Part shown: one piece after another, positions 7,530-17,134 of the stretch
How positions within the stretch are numbered: position 1 is the stretch's first letter
Layout: every line of letters begins with the position of its first letter
DNA from: an uncultured virus (IMG/VR IMGVR_UViG_3300025881_000013)
Taxonomy: Duplodnaviria; Heunggongvirae; Uroviricota; Caudoviricetes
Virus record (IMG/VR): IMGVR_UViG_3300025881_000013
Length of the DNA stretch: 20,000 nucleotides
Strand: one strand, 5' to 3'
The notes under the pieces: model-generated
Database searches by the model: none
What the model was told of the DNA's origin: nothing
Seen by the model: the letters and a program-made list of their open reading frames with translations, nothing else
Program-made: the position numbers and the translations under genes

Positions 7530-8723
7530 TCAACGACGGATAACAGAGATGGCAGGTTGACCCTGCTTAAACACGGTGTCAACGACTGCCTGAACGGATT
7601 TAGCAGTGCTGATGCCCACTTTATCATAAACTGGAACACAGACCAGTCCAAAGGTCTTCTGGGTGCCTCCTAGACGGATCACACGTCCAATACTTTGCGA
7701 AATACCGATATAGTCCATGTTTCTCATGAACAACACCGCCTCAAGTCCACTGACGTTGATACCTTCAGACAAAATAGAGTGATGAAGAACAACAAACTTT
7801 TTGTTAGGATCTTTACCCCATGCATTCAGAGTATCAAAGAATACCTCACGATTGACTTTCTGACCATCAATGATTGCACCAGTCTTGGATGTAATATACA
7901 GACAGGAATAACCACGTTTTGCTAGTTCATTACGGAAATCAGATTGACTCAGAAGTTTGATAATCTGTTTGGTAGAACGTGCGGCAATCAGAATCTTATC
8001 CAGTGAGTTCTCATCAATTGTCTCAATCAGATTCTGACAATCACGGTCGGCAATCATTTGCTTGTCCTGAACCATATCCAGTTGCTTTACAACAACCTTA
8101 GGTGGCAGAATGTATCCTTGCTCTACTAATGTAGGAGCAGGAATGTTACAGATGACTTTACCGTAGACCTCATAATCATTCATCCCTGGCTTGTAAATAG
8201 AGAGAGAATGCTTAGGAGTAGCAGTGAAGAAGTAACACCGATCAGCATCAGCAGAAAAGTGCTCCGTAGCAGGGAAAAAGTTACGTTGGACTGAGTTATG
8301 CGCTTCATCAAAGTAAATCGTGTTGACTTCGATATCTGCTTCTACAAGACGATGTAGAGAGTGATATGTGGTAAAGATTACTACATTCTCACCAGCAGTT
8401 CTAGCAGTATTTACAAAAAGATTGATCTTTTCTGCTTTTGTTGTGGAGAAGTGTGAAGTCTCACCACTATGAACATGCATCACATGTGTGTGAGTTGTAT
8501 CAATTACCTCAAGAAACTCACTACAAAGTTGCTCTGCAAGCAGAATACGTGGTGCTACAACAACAATAGTAGAACCATTATCAATATACTTTTGATTCTC
8601 AACAATATCATGTATCATACACAAGGTCTTACCACCACCCGTAGGGATGATCAACTGACCTTTGTCATATGCCAGCATCTCATTCAGTGCTTTGCGTTGA
8701 TGGGGTCTGAGAGTGATGGTCAA
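7530..8723 (-). CDS. SF2 DEAD/DEAH-box helicase (ResIII-like)
   Basis: Q-motif LRPHQ, Walker A PTGGGKT, DEAH, motif III TAT, motif V LSEGINV, motif VI QSIGRVIR; TTG start. Confidence 0.92.
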   Translation of the reverse strand: MTITLRPHQRKALNEMLAYDKGQLIIPTGGGKTLCMIHDIVENQKYIDNGSTIVVVAPRILLAEQLCSEFLEVIDTTHTHVMHVHSGETSHFSTTKAEKINLFVNTARTAGENVVIFTTYHSLHRLVEADIEVNTIYFDEAHNSVQRNFFPATEHFSADADRCYFFTATPKHSLSIYKPGMNDYEVYGKVICNIPAPTLVEQGYILPPKVVVKQLDMVQDKQMIADRDCQNLIETIDENSLDKILIAARSTKQIIKLLSQSDFRNELAKRGYSCLYITSKTGAIIDGQKVNREVFFDTLNAWGKDPNKKFVVLHHSILSEGINVSGLEAVLFMRNMDYIGISQSIGRVIRLGGTQKTFGLVCVPVYDKVGISTAKSVQAVVDTVFKQGQPAISVIRR

Positions 8724-8800
8724 AGGTGTCCCTCGATTACCTTCTTATTATAGCAGAAAACCGTCCCCAGTGCGACCTGGTAGACGGTTCTTAAAGTGTC
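8724..8800 (-). promoter_or_regulatory. Early promoter cassette 4
   Basis: TGCTATAAT at 8747-8755; AGGTAATC leader; hairpin AACCGTC...GACGGTT (8759-8789); palindrome GACGGTT-N4-AAGTGTC at 8783-8800. Confidence 0.8.
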
Positions 8801-8831
8801 TTATAGCTTCCTCTTCAACCCTAACAAAGGT

Positions 8832-8860
8832 AGTCTACATGGTTTTTAGAGTCTTGTCAA
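8832..8860 (-). promoter_or_regulatory. sigma70-type promoter (TTGACA-17-TAGACT)
   Basis: -35 TTGACA at 8855-8860, 17-nt spacer, -10 TAGACT at 8832-8837. Confidence 0.65.
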
Positions 8861-8864
8861 GTCC

Positions 8865-11105
8865 TTATACTTGAAGTATCATTACAGAGTAACTTTTGGT
8901 GCTAGCACTAGAACTAAAAGTAATTTTAAATCCAGCAGTTGTTTTATTCACTTCAGGAACAGTAAATGTTGATGTTCCGGTATTAGAAACAATTACCGTA
9001 TAGTTTGCTGATTGTAATGCAGTGCTAAAACTAAAGTTTGCATCATTAGTGCTGTTTGCTGGAGCATCCAAATTATATCCGTCAGCAGGAGTTGGTACTG
9101 CACCACTAACAATAGTTCCAAATGCAACAACAGGACTTAAGTTTCTAAATGATGATGCAGTATTTCTAATCTGGATGTTATCTCTTGAGGAGTTATATAC
9201 TAATCCTCCAGGAACAAGTCCATTTGGAGTAACTTTTCTTGAAAGTACTGTCCCAAATCCAGATGGATTCTGCCATAAATTACTAACAACACTTATCTGA
9301 GTTTCTGTTAATGATGGAGGAATGAAATAACTATTCATCGATGTAGAAGCAGTTCCTACATCAAATACAGACCTTGCAAAGTAAGTATTGACACCAACTG
9401 ATGATAAGTATTCTGATTCACTTCCACCTGGTATATGATTTTTTGAAATTATTCCAAGATTAGTTGATCCAAATCCTACGGTAGCAACTCCAACTGTAGG
9501 AACTATTAGAAAATTAGATGAAATAAATCCTGCTGCACCACTATCAACTTGGAAATCCCCATAAGACAAGAATGGAATTGTTGAACCTAAATCACTTGGA
9601 ATTGTTCTAGGATCTGATTGAAAAGATCCGTCAATATTTGTTGTAATTCCAAGTGTCTGCTTGGATATGAATCCTTCTGTAGAATATGCTACTCCAAATA
9701 TTTGAAGTTTTGGATTAATACCTCCAGTAGCAAAACCAACGTTTGTTGTTGTTCCTATACCAACGTCATTTCCAACATAAACATCAGAAGATACTGTTAT
9801 TCCTCCTCCAACTTGAATATCTTGCACACTCAACTTATTAAATGTGCTAATTCCACTTAAAGTATTAAAATTTTGACTATCTGAAACTGGTATAGGACTA
9901 CCATCACCAAGAGTTACTTGTTCTGAACCTGTTCCGACTGTAAGTATACCTACAATTTGAGAATTTCCAGTAATAAGAGCATCACCACCAACTTCTAAAT
10001 TATTTTCTAATGCAGCACCACCACGATTTACACCAACTTTTCCATCATAAGTGACTTCAAACTGTGTTGAATTGTCATAGTTGACATTGAAACTTTCTGT
10101 TGTGCCTGTACCAGTCCCTTCATGAAGATTGATACTGACTCCACCAACATCGTAGTTATTAATATCCAAACGTCCTGTGCCTGGTGTATAGAGTAACTGG
10201 GCACTACTATTACCTGCACCTACAGATTCACCAATACTTACAGATGAGTTTGTTGTACTCGTAACAACAAGACTTGCTGCAGCAGATTTATTGATTCTTA
10301 AATCATCAAAGGTTCCAATACCAACATCAGCATTAGTGATGTTTGCATTCGTGATTGTTCCTGTGGTAATTGTTCCGGTAGTAATCGTTGATGTTGTTGA
10401 TTCTGTAGGACCAACAAACTTACTCGCAGTTACAATACCACTTGTATTTGCACTGAAACTAGATGACAGTTCAGATGGTAAACTAACATTACCTGTTCCA
10501 TCGAAAGATATAGTGCTTGATTCTAAATCACCAGTGATATTAAAATCTCTCGCAGTTTCAAGTTTAGTTGCAGATGCAGCTACACCAGTTACATTACCAG
10601 TTACATTACCTGTTAAATTTCCAACAAAACTAGTTGCAGTAACTATACCACTTGCAAGAATATTTCCACCATCAAAACCCGCACCAGTTGCTGTGGCAGG
10701 GTCTCCTCCTATTTGTAAATTATATACTGGATTTGTGGTTCCAATACCAATCGATCTAAATGTATGTAATCCTACTCCTTGTGAAATCCAACCAGTTGTT
10801 GAAATTGCGAAAATATTTTGAAGACCGGAGGCATCTCCAACAAATTTTGTTGCTGTGATTACTCCACTACTAGGATCTATATTGACTGGTCCCACTTTTA
10901 GATCATTATAAAAGTTTGCAGTCTGTGCAACTCCTAAGGTTATTGTTGTTGTAAATCCAGTAATTTTTGCATTTCCAATCAAATCGAGAGATTCAGTAGG
11001 GATAGATGTTCCAATCCCCACCAGACCATTCGAATTTACAATGAAATTATCATTATCAACCTGAACACCATTCCTAAAATTAAATGACTTCCTAATATTT
11101 GCCAT
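8865..11105 (-). CDS. Tail fibre-like virion structural protein (746 aa)
   Basis: Gly/Thr/Ser/Val-rich; repeated VGIGT, GIVTA and GNVT fibre motifs; late promoter upstream; adjacent to a larger fibre gene. Confidence 0.8.
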   Translation of the reverse strand: MANIRKSFNFRNGVQVDNDNFIVNSNGLVGIGTSIPTESLDLIGNAKITGFTTTITLGVAQTANFYNDLKVGPVNIDPSSGVITATKFVGDASGLQNIFAISTTGWISQGVGLHTFRSIGIGTTNPVYNLQIGGDPATATGAGFDGGNILASGIVTATSFVGNLTGNVTGNVTGVAASATKLETARDFNITGDLESSTISFDGTGNVSLPSELSSSFSANTSGIVTASKFVGPTESTTSTITTGTITTGTITNANITNADVGIGTFDDLRINKSAAASLVVTSTTNSSVSIGESVGAGNSSAQLLYTPGTGRLDINNYDVGGVSINLHEGTGTGTTESFNVNYDNSTQFEVTYDGKVGVNRGGAALENNLEVGGDALITGNSQIVGILTVGTGSEQVTLGDGSPIPVSDSQNFNTLSGISTFNKLSVQDIQVGGGITVSSDVYVGNDVGIGTTTNVGFATGGINPKLQIFGVAYSTEGFISKQTLGITTNIDGSFQSDPRTIPSDLGSTIPFLSYGDFQVDSGAAGFISSNFLIVPTVGVATVGFGSTNLGIISKNHIPGGSESEYLSSVGVNTYFARSVFDVGTASTSMNSYFIPPSLTETQISVVSNLWQNPSGFGTVLSRKVTPNGLVPGGLVYNSSRDNIQIRNTASSFRNLSPVVAFGTIVSGAVPTPADGYNLDAPANSTNDANFSFSTALQSANYTVIVSNTGTSTFTVPEVNKTTAGFKITFSSSASTKSYSVMILQV

Positions 11106-11122
11106 TATTATAAGCTTTAGAG

Positions 11123-14100
11123 TTATTTATCCTGTAATTTTTGTTCAAGTGCATCGACCTTACCAGAGAGTTCTTTAATTGCCTCTACAAGCAGAGGAAC
11201 AACCTTATGGTAATCAACTGCAAGGTATCCATTGTCTCTTGTTGTAACTGCTTCTGGGAGAACTTTTTCAATCTCTTGTGCAATCAATCCAACATCATTT
11301 CCCGACTTATTAGACTTATCATTCCAATCAAATGTATTACCACTGATTGAAATGACTTTTGATAGAGGATCATGGATTGGAGTAATATTATCCTTTAATC
11401 TTTCATCGGAGGACCAGAATGCTGTAATATCGTCAGTTACACTCAAAATACCAGTAATTGTGGTATTTGTTTGAATTGCAACAAGTGATCCTACAATAGA
11501 ACTTATTTTAAAATCACCAGATGAAGTATCAATAGTATTATCATCAGTCTGGGCAATTTGAATATTGCCAAATGTTGCACCTGCTGCTACTATAGTTGAA
11601 AAAGTAGTGTTTCCAGTTACATCAAAATCTCCTGTAATGTTTGTATTGCCACCAACAAAAAGATTTTTAGCAATACTAACACCACCATCAATCACAACAG
11701 AACCATTTCCAATACCGGTACTATTTGTAGTATTAAGTATTCTTAATTTACCAATAAGTGCTAGTGTATTTTTAATTCTTACTTCACCACCAAAGGTAAC
11801 AGGTCCATCAAACTGTGAAAGAATTTGACGTGAATCTCCACCTTCAACAACAATTCTTTCCTTAACAGTAATTTCGTCAAAGATTGCACTCAATCTTGCG
11901 GGATCTTCTCCAGTAACTGTCGGAATTGGAGTATCAAATGAAGTTTCCTCACCAGTCGAAGAAGATTTCTTGGTATTACCAATATAGAAGTCACCTCTGT
12001 TGTTCATACCAGTATAAACAACAATACCAGCAGATCTTTCTTGAGATTGTGTTAAGAACTCTTCTTTTTCTGTCAGAGTTCTTGTTTGAACTTGTGGAAG
12101 ACCAGTTGAATAGTTACCTGGACCATATCCAAGATACTCAAACGTATGTCCCGATGCACGAATAATTGATGGTCTGCGGAACTCAACAGGAATTACATTA
12201 ATTTTTTTGACTAATGAAGTATCGGAATGTATTCCAACATTTGATGAGAAAACACCACGAAGAACGGTCAGTTTATCTGAACCCGTAATCGATGTTGATG
12301 CGACTCTCATAATCTCATCATCAATTTGAATATAAGATCCTATTGGCAATCTTTCAGTAAGTCCAACACCAGCAGATACTCCAGATTTTGGATGGGAAAG
12401 AGGAATTAAAGTAGTATTGATTCCTATAGTATTTCCACCATTATTGATAACGAAAGTATCTCCACTATAGAAGGTATTTTGCCTACCTGCAAGATTTTCT
12501 GAACTTGAATCTGATACACCTGAATTAGATGAAAAATTATGTTTTAATAGAAATGCTGGACTTGTTAGTGCTGTAGTAGTTTCTGCAGTAAATGTATTCA
12601 AATTTACTTTAGATTTTACGAGATAATCCCCAAGATTATTACTACTTGCATCAATTACTCTAAACTTATTACCAGAAATCAATCCATGTGCAGATGAACA
12701 CGTAAAGGTTGTAATACCACTTAGGAATGTAGAAGAACTTACTGAAATTGAAGGTCCACTGGAAAGAAGAATGCTTCCTTGGAAAGTAGAGGGATCACCA
12801 GAAGTTTTAGCAATTGCAATTTTATTTGCACCTGGAACATTAGTAATTCTGTAATATGCATCAGAAATTGTTGCAATACCAGTAATCTGAACTACATCCC
12901 CAACATTTGTTGAGATACCAGAATTTGATACCGTAACAGAACCATCCTGATTTCCACCTATTGAAGCATTGTCAAAGAAAAGTGTATCTGAATTAGAATA
13001 TCCGGATCCAGGTGCTTGAATATGGAAACTATTAATAGTATTACCAGATACGACAACTTGTGCAGTGGCACCATTCCAAGTTGAATATGTATTTTCATTG
13101 TAAAGTTTTACATTATAATATGTCCCATTAGTTCTTGTTCCTGATCCTGCACTAGTAAGTGTCGCAGTAGAAATACCGGCAAATTTATGATTTCTAGTAA
13201 ATGTTATAGTTGAAATACCACCACTATCTGGTGAAACAGAATCTACAATAAGACCGCCACCAAGTTTTGTCATGAAAGAATCTGCAGATTCTCTGGTGAT
13301 ACTTCCTTTTAAATCACTTGTATTAACATCACCAATTGGAAAAGAAAGTGCTCTTGACTTAGTTGATCCTGGATTATCATTTACATTGTCTCTATCAGTT
13401 TGAGGATATAAATTAGTAACATTTTGACCATACTCCAATTCTGTAAATTCTGCAGAAATTTTATTGTCTGCTTTGAGTGCATATATGTGATAAACACCAT
13501 CTTGTTGATTTTCAACATATTCATTAATTACTTCATTACGATAAACATAGAAGTTACTCTGCAAATCATTTCTTTGAAATCTTGGAAGACTTAGATTTCT
13601 GGTGCTTGTGTTGTTATTGAATAATCCAGGATTTCCAGTTGTATTTGAATATGTAAATGACATATTGTCTGCGCTTACTGTTGCAACAGTAAATGTTCCA
13701 TTATATCCACTAGTCGCAGAACCAACAGTGTTATTAGTATCTGTTACATTAGTGATAATAATTTGATCCCCAACATCAAGATTATGTTGAAGTTCTGTAA
13801 TTACAGTTGAAGTATTTGTGCTATGAGAACATGCCGAAATAAATCTTGGATTTCTATTATATTCAAAATCATTTAAACCAATTGTTGATAAAGTAAAGTC
13901 TGTATTTTCCCTGACACCGGTTGTGCTGGATTCTTGAATAATAAATCCAGATTCTGGTGTTTTTGCATTTATAAGTTCTTTTGGAATAACAACTCTGAAC
14001 TTATAAATCTTTTCATCCAAACTTCTATTGTCTGGTGCTCTCTTAATAAATGTAGGATTAGTTTCTGCACCAATACCTGCAACACCTAAAGTGTTTAAAG

Positions 14101-16372
14101 TGGAATAAATTCCATTCGTAGTGTTTACCGTAATATACCAACGATTTTGTGTAGAATCAAATTGAACCGGACTACCAGCATCACCGGCAGATTTATCAGT
14201 AATTCTGCTTACAACTCTAAGGTCAGTGCCCCCATAAAAAATAATGAAATTTTTATTATCAGCATCTGTTTTTGTTGATGCTAATTGAATTTTAGGTCTA
14301 TCAGCAACATCTGTCGCATCAGAAAGGGAAATTACATAGTATGGTTTATGTGCATCAATATTTTCTGGATAATCGGCAGAAGAACTCAGAAGAATGATTT
14401 TTTCTCCAGTTTGTAATCCATTATTTAAACCAATAGTCAACTTGCTATCTGCACTGGCAGTAACATTAAATTCTTTAGTGGATGATGTTAATCCATCCTG
14501 CATATAAATGTTTGCTTCACTGGTTCCTGAACCAACATTTACAAATAACTTATCATTTACTTTTGCACCAATACGGTATCCTTGAGTCAAAACTGGTGGA
14601 ATACTATCTTCCGACTCAAATCCACGAAGATATAGGTGAGTTGAAACTCCAACTGCAGTGGTAACTCCAACATCAATACTTAACCAATCAATACTTTCTT
14701 CTGCTTCATTTGTTGATCTTGGAGGGATAATATTTGTAATAAATGCCTTATTATCTTTAGCAAATGCTTCTTTTTTAAATCCATCTGCAATCAAAGACAA
14801 TTGTCCAAAGTTAGAGTTTGAGTTAGTAATAGATGCATCTCCACCACTTTCAATAGAGAAGTGTTTGTTATATCCAATCGCAAAAACAGAAACAATTTGT
14901 AGAATTGCATCATTTGTGATACGAATGTGAGTTTGCTCCCATCCTTGACGATAAACAGCATTAGAATCTAAATGATATACTTGATCTGGATTTGTAGATG
15001 ATGATCCATTCGATAAATCTGCACCAGATTGTTTGGTTATATTAATTCCAGCATATCCTCTAGAAGTTTTATCATACTTTACAAACGCACGATCATCCTT
15101 TTGAAGACTGACTCCAGTGAATTGAGCCACAACCATTGAACGGAATCCAGATGCTTTGCTTCCATCTGCCAACATTCCATTCATTCCAAAAACAGAACGT
15201 AATGAGATGTTAAAGATATAAGGGGATGCACCAGATACAGTATCAGTTTCAATTGTTACTGATGCTCCAGATGCAGTTCCTGGTGTTGGAAGATTCTTTC
15301 TAAATGTTGGAAGAAGATAAGTAAAAATTCTTGCATTAGATGAATCAACACTTTGAACTTTTGTTGAAATATTATAATCTGTTGGCGAGACACCATTAAT
15401 CTTAATTGGTGTTCCTACAGTAAGACCATGATCTACTGTTGTTGTTACTGTAACCTGATTATTCGGTGTTCCACCAGATCCTGCTTCGATTGCAGAAATT
15501 GAAATTGGATCTGATGCAAATGCTCCAACAATCTCCCATTCAGGTCTTTGTTTTGCAAATCCATCAGGATCCTGAGGATACTTACTATCAATATTTCTAT
15601 CTGGACTTCCTGATGATGTGTTATATGCGTTTGAAAGTTTCGCATAATACATATCAAGATCAGTTAAATCATAACCAGTTACTTGATTAACACCATCAGC
15701 ATACTCAAAACAAGTTAGTTTATGGTGAGAAAAAATTGGTTTTGATTTATTATTTACAGAAAAGTTTGTTGAGTCAGTATAAACAGTTCCGGATTCATTT
15801 CCATCAAAGAAAGAGAACTGCCAGAAATAACAAGTACCAGTAATTCTGAAAATAGCAGAATTTGGTACATTAACATCAGTTGGATTGGGAACATAAAGTG
15901 GGCGCACTTTGGTCTTTCTTAAATCAAGACCAACAATTGAAGTTCCACGAGGAACAATTACTCCACCATTAACACTATTAAACTTATGAAGAATATTATC
16001 TTCTTGAGTTAAATCAAAATTACTAGCAAGATCTAAATCTAATGTTGTTTGTGCTGCACTTGATGCTCCTCCAGGAGAAACAACTTGAGATGCTCCACTC
16101 ACATTCTTAATATAAAATCCCGGTCTATTATCAACTACGTGCTCACCAGGCATTAAGAGGATGGTGGTTTTTTCAATTAAATCATTGTTACTTCCTTTGA
16201 CATATGAAAATCTTGCCGATTCTATAATTGCTCTTTGAATTGTTTTAAATGGACGAGCAAGTGAATTACCTTGATTATCAATACTATCAGTCGAGTCTAA
16301 ATCTGATGGACTTACATATAGTATACGACCTTCAGTATTCTTAATGAAATTGTCAAGCTTATTGAGTGGCAT
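11123..16372 (-). CDS. Large tail fibre/virion structural protein with C-terminal intramolecular chaperone (peptidase S74)
   Basis: 1749 aa; N-terminal ILYVSP...GNSLARPFKTIQRA; repeated T-x-x-x-HGL beta modules; C-terminal SDERLKDNI...GLIAQEIE...VDY...LVEAIKEL autocleavage-chaperone signature ending in a coiled coil. Confidence 0.9.
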   Translation of the reverse strand: MPLNKLDNFIKNTEGRILYVSPSDLDSTDSIDNQGNSLARPFKTIQRAIIESARFSYVKGSNNDLIEKTTILLMPGEHVVDNRPGFYIKNVSGASQVVSPGGASSAAQTTLDLDLASNFDLTQEDNILHKFNSVNGGVIVPRGTSIVGLDLRKTKVRPLYVPNPTDVNVPNSAIFRITGTCYFWQFSFFDGNESGTVYTDSTNFSVNNKSKPIFSHHKLTCFEYADGVNQVTGYDLTDLDMYYAKLSNAYNTSSGSPDRNIDSKYPQDPDGFAKQRPEWEIVGAFASDPISISAIEAGSGGTPNNQVTVTTTVDHGLTVGTPIKINGVSPTDYNISTKVQSVDSSNARIFTYLLPTFRKNLPTPGTASGASVTIETDTVSGASPYIFNISLRSVFGMNGMLADGSKASGFRSMVVAQFTGVSLQKDDRAFVKYDKTSRGYAGINITKQSGADLSNGSSSTNPDQVYHLDSNAVYRQGWEQTHIRITNDAILQIVSVFAIGYNKHFSIESGGDASITNSNSNFGQLSLIADGFKKEAFAKDNKAFITNIIPPRSTNEAEESIDWLSIDVGVTTAVGVSTHLYLRGFESEDSIPPVLTQGYRIGAKVNDKLFVNVGSGTSEANIYMQDGLTSSTKEFNVTASADSKLTIGLNNGLQTGEKIILLSSSADYPENIDAHKPYYVISLSDATDVADRPKIQLASTKTDADNKNFIIFYGGTDLRVVSRITDKSAGDAGSPVQFDSTQNRWYITVNTTNGIYSTLNTLGVAGIGAETNPTFIKRAPDNRSLDEKIYKFRVVIPKELINAKTPESGFIIQESSTTGVRENTDFTLSTIGLNDFEYNRNPRFISACSHSTNTSTVITELQHNLDVGDQIIITNVTDTNNTVGSATSGYNGTFTVATVSADNMSFTYSNTTGNPGLFNNNTSTRNLSLPRFQRNDLQSNFYVYRNEVINEYVENQQDGVYHIYALKADNKISAEFTELEYGQNVTNLYPQTDRDNVNDNPGSTKSRALSFPIGDVNTSDLKGSITRESADSFMTKLGGGLIVDSVSPDSGGISTITFTRNHKFAGISTATLTSAGSGTRTNGTYYNVKLYNENTYSTWNGATAQVVVSGNTINSFHIQAPGSGYSNSDTLFFDNASIGGNQDGSVTVSNSGISTNVGDVVQITGIATISDAYYRITNVPGANKIAIAKTSGDPSTFQGSILLSSGPSISVSSSTFLSGITTFTCSSAHGLISGNKFRVIDASSNNLGDYLVKSKVNLNTFTAETTTALTSPAFLLKHNFSSNSGVSDSSSENLAGRQNTFYSGDTFVINNGGNTIGINTTLIPLSHPKSGVSAGVGLTERLPIGSYIQIDDEIMRVASTSITGSDKLTVLRGVFSSNVGIHSDTSLVKKINVIPVEFRRPSIIRASGHTFEYLGYGPGNYSTGLPQVQTRTLTEKEEFLTQSQERSAGIVVYTGMNNRGDFYIGNTKKSSSTGEETSFDTPIPTVTGEDPARLSAIFDEITVKERIVVEGGDSRQILSQFDGPVTFGGEVRIKNTLALIGKLRILNTTNSTGIGNGSVVIDGGVSIAKNLFVGGNTNITGDFDVTGNTTFSTIVAAGATFGNIQIAQTDDNTIDTSSGDFKISSIVGSLVAIQTNTTITGILSVTDDITAFWSSDERLKDNITPIHDPLSKVISISGNTFDWNDKSNKSGNDVGLIAQEIEKVLPEAVTTRDNGYLAVDYHKVVPLLVEAIKELSGKVDALEQKLQDK
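11124..11130 (-). promoter_or_regulatory. Late promoter ATAAATA
   Basis: Overlaps the stop of the upstream gene, 18 nt before the ATG at 11105. Confidence 0.65.
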
Positions 16373-16404
16373 CTTATTACGATTTCTAGGACATTTCTAT
16401 ATTT

Positions 16405-16411
16405 TATTTAT
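16405..16411 (-). promoter_or_regulatory. Late promoter ATAAATA
   Basis: 32 nt upstream of the ATG at 16372. Confidence 0.65.
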
Positions 16412-16716
16412 CTCAGTAAATCCTCTTCTCCATTATAGAAACTTTGTATTTCTTCTGGTAAGTTCTCTGGATTTAATATCTCAATATCATCAAAGCAAGG
16501 ATGACACTGTTCCATAATCAAATAATTAGATCCTTTGTAAATATCTTCTACAGAATATTCTTTATTGTTATCTGCTTCTTCTATTATTTCTCGATCATAA
16601 AAATAACCCACAGGCAAATCATCAAATGTAAATGGAACATCATTTAAGAAGAACATCTTGACTATCATCCTATAGTCATTATACCAACAATTCTTTGTGG
16701 TTACTGTATAAGACAT
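16408..16716 (-). CDS. Conserved cyanophage hypothetical protein (102 aa)
   Basis: Likely start MSYTVTTK at 16716, since the longer ORF-track start crosses a terminator; ATAAATA at 16737-16743 upstream. Confidence 0.8.
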   Translation of the reverse strand: MSYTVTTKNCWYNDYRMIVKMFFLNDVPFTFDDLPVGYFYDREIIEEADNNKEYSVEDIYKGSNYLIMEQCHPCFDDIEILNPENLPEEIQSFYNGEEDLLR

Positions 16717-16749
16717 AATAATATTATTCTTTCTTTTATTTATTTTCAT

Positions 16750-16779
16750 AAAAAAAGGTTCCCGCACCACCAGGAACCT
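16750..16779 (-). terminator. Rho-independent terminator closing the tRNA operon
   Basis: Minus strand AGGTTCC-TGGTGGTGCG-GGAACCT running into a T7 tract. Confidence 0.85.
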
Positions 16780-16785
16780 CATGTT

Positions 16786-16870
16786 AGTCACTCACCAAAA
16801 GAAAACCCTATCATATAATCTTCATTTCTCGCAGAGTGACTTTACATATAGTGGGGCTAACTCCTTCCCC
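16786..16870 (-). ncRNA. Putative structured RNA between tRNA-Leu and the terminator
   Basis: GGGG/CCCC hairpin (16853-16870) plus 8-bp stem AGTCACTC/GAGTGACT (16786-16793 with 16834-16841) enclosing a GAGAAA/TTTCTT inner stem; no ORF. Confidence 0.4.
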
Positions 16871-16874
16871 TGAG

Positions 16875-16959
16875 TGCGAGTAGGGAGACTTGAACTCCCA
16901 CGAGCACAATGCTCAACAGATTTTAAGTCTGGTGCGTCTACCGATTCCGCCATACTCGC
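16875..16959 (-). tRNA. trnL: tRNA-Leu(UAA), no encoded CCA
   Basis: GCGAGTA/TACTCGC acceptor, anticodon loop CTTAAAA, long variable arm GAGCA/TGCTC, T-arm GGGAG-TTCAAGT-CTCCC. Confidence 0.97.
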
Positions 16960-16960
16960 A

Positions 16961-17133
16961 AGGCATTACACTTATCCGTATGCTATGTGGGCATTACACC
17001 CAGTATACTGACAGTTTATAATGGAGTAAGACACAATTTCCGTTGTGAATATCCAAGGGGGTTTATCCTCACTTACAGGGTTTCGGTATATCCGAACCGA
17101 TGAGCACCTTGGTTGGAACGTCTCAAGTTCCTA
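16961..17133 (-). ncRNA. Multi-stem structured RNA, probably the manA RNA motif
   Basis: Stems GGAAC/GTTCC, CCAAGG/CCTTGG, TTCGG/CCGAA, CACAA/TTGTG and a pseudoknot-like GTAAG/CTTAC pair. manA RNAs are known from cyanophages, but the family assignment is from recall, not a covariance-model search. Confidence 0.55.
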
Positions 17134-17134
17134 A

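Noticed and set aside
7523..7651. N-terminal extension of the nuclease ORF overlapping the helicase (possible frameshift fusion)
   Set aside because: No slippery site was identified, the extension looks like off-frame sequence, and the ATG at 7522 gives a complete Hjc-like domain.
10584..10622. 12-nt tandem repeat ACCAGTTACATT
   Set aside because: It encodes the GNLT/GNVT/GNVT fibre repeat; an ordinary coding repeat, not a CRISPR array or contingency locus.
498..14930. Numerous plus-strand ORFs in the track (e.g. 729..1166, 6794..7132, 10291..10821, 14658..14930)
   Set aside because: They are antisense shadows of well-supported minus-strand genes, with no recognisable motifs or promoters.
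8865..16372. Possible diversity-generating retroelement or invertible tail-fibre switch
   Set aside because: No reverse transcriptase, recombinase, template/variable repeat pair or flanking inverted repeats were seen in the window.
16717..16791. N-terminal extension of ORF 16408..16791
   Set aside because: It crosses the terminator and the late promoter; the true start is more likely 16716.
16875..16959. Group I intron in tRNA-Leu(UAA), or tRNA used as an integration site
   Set aside because: The anticodon loop is uninterrupted, and there is no integrase or duplicated tRNA 3' end in the window.
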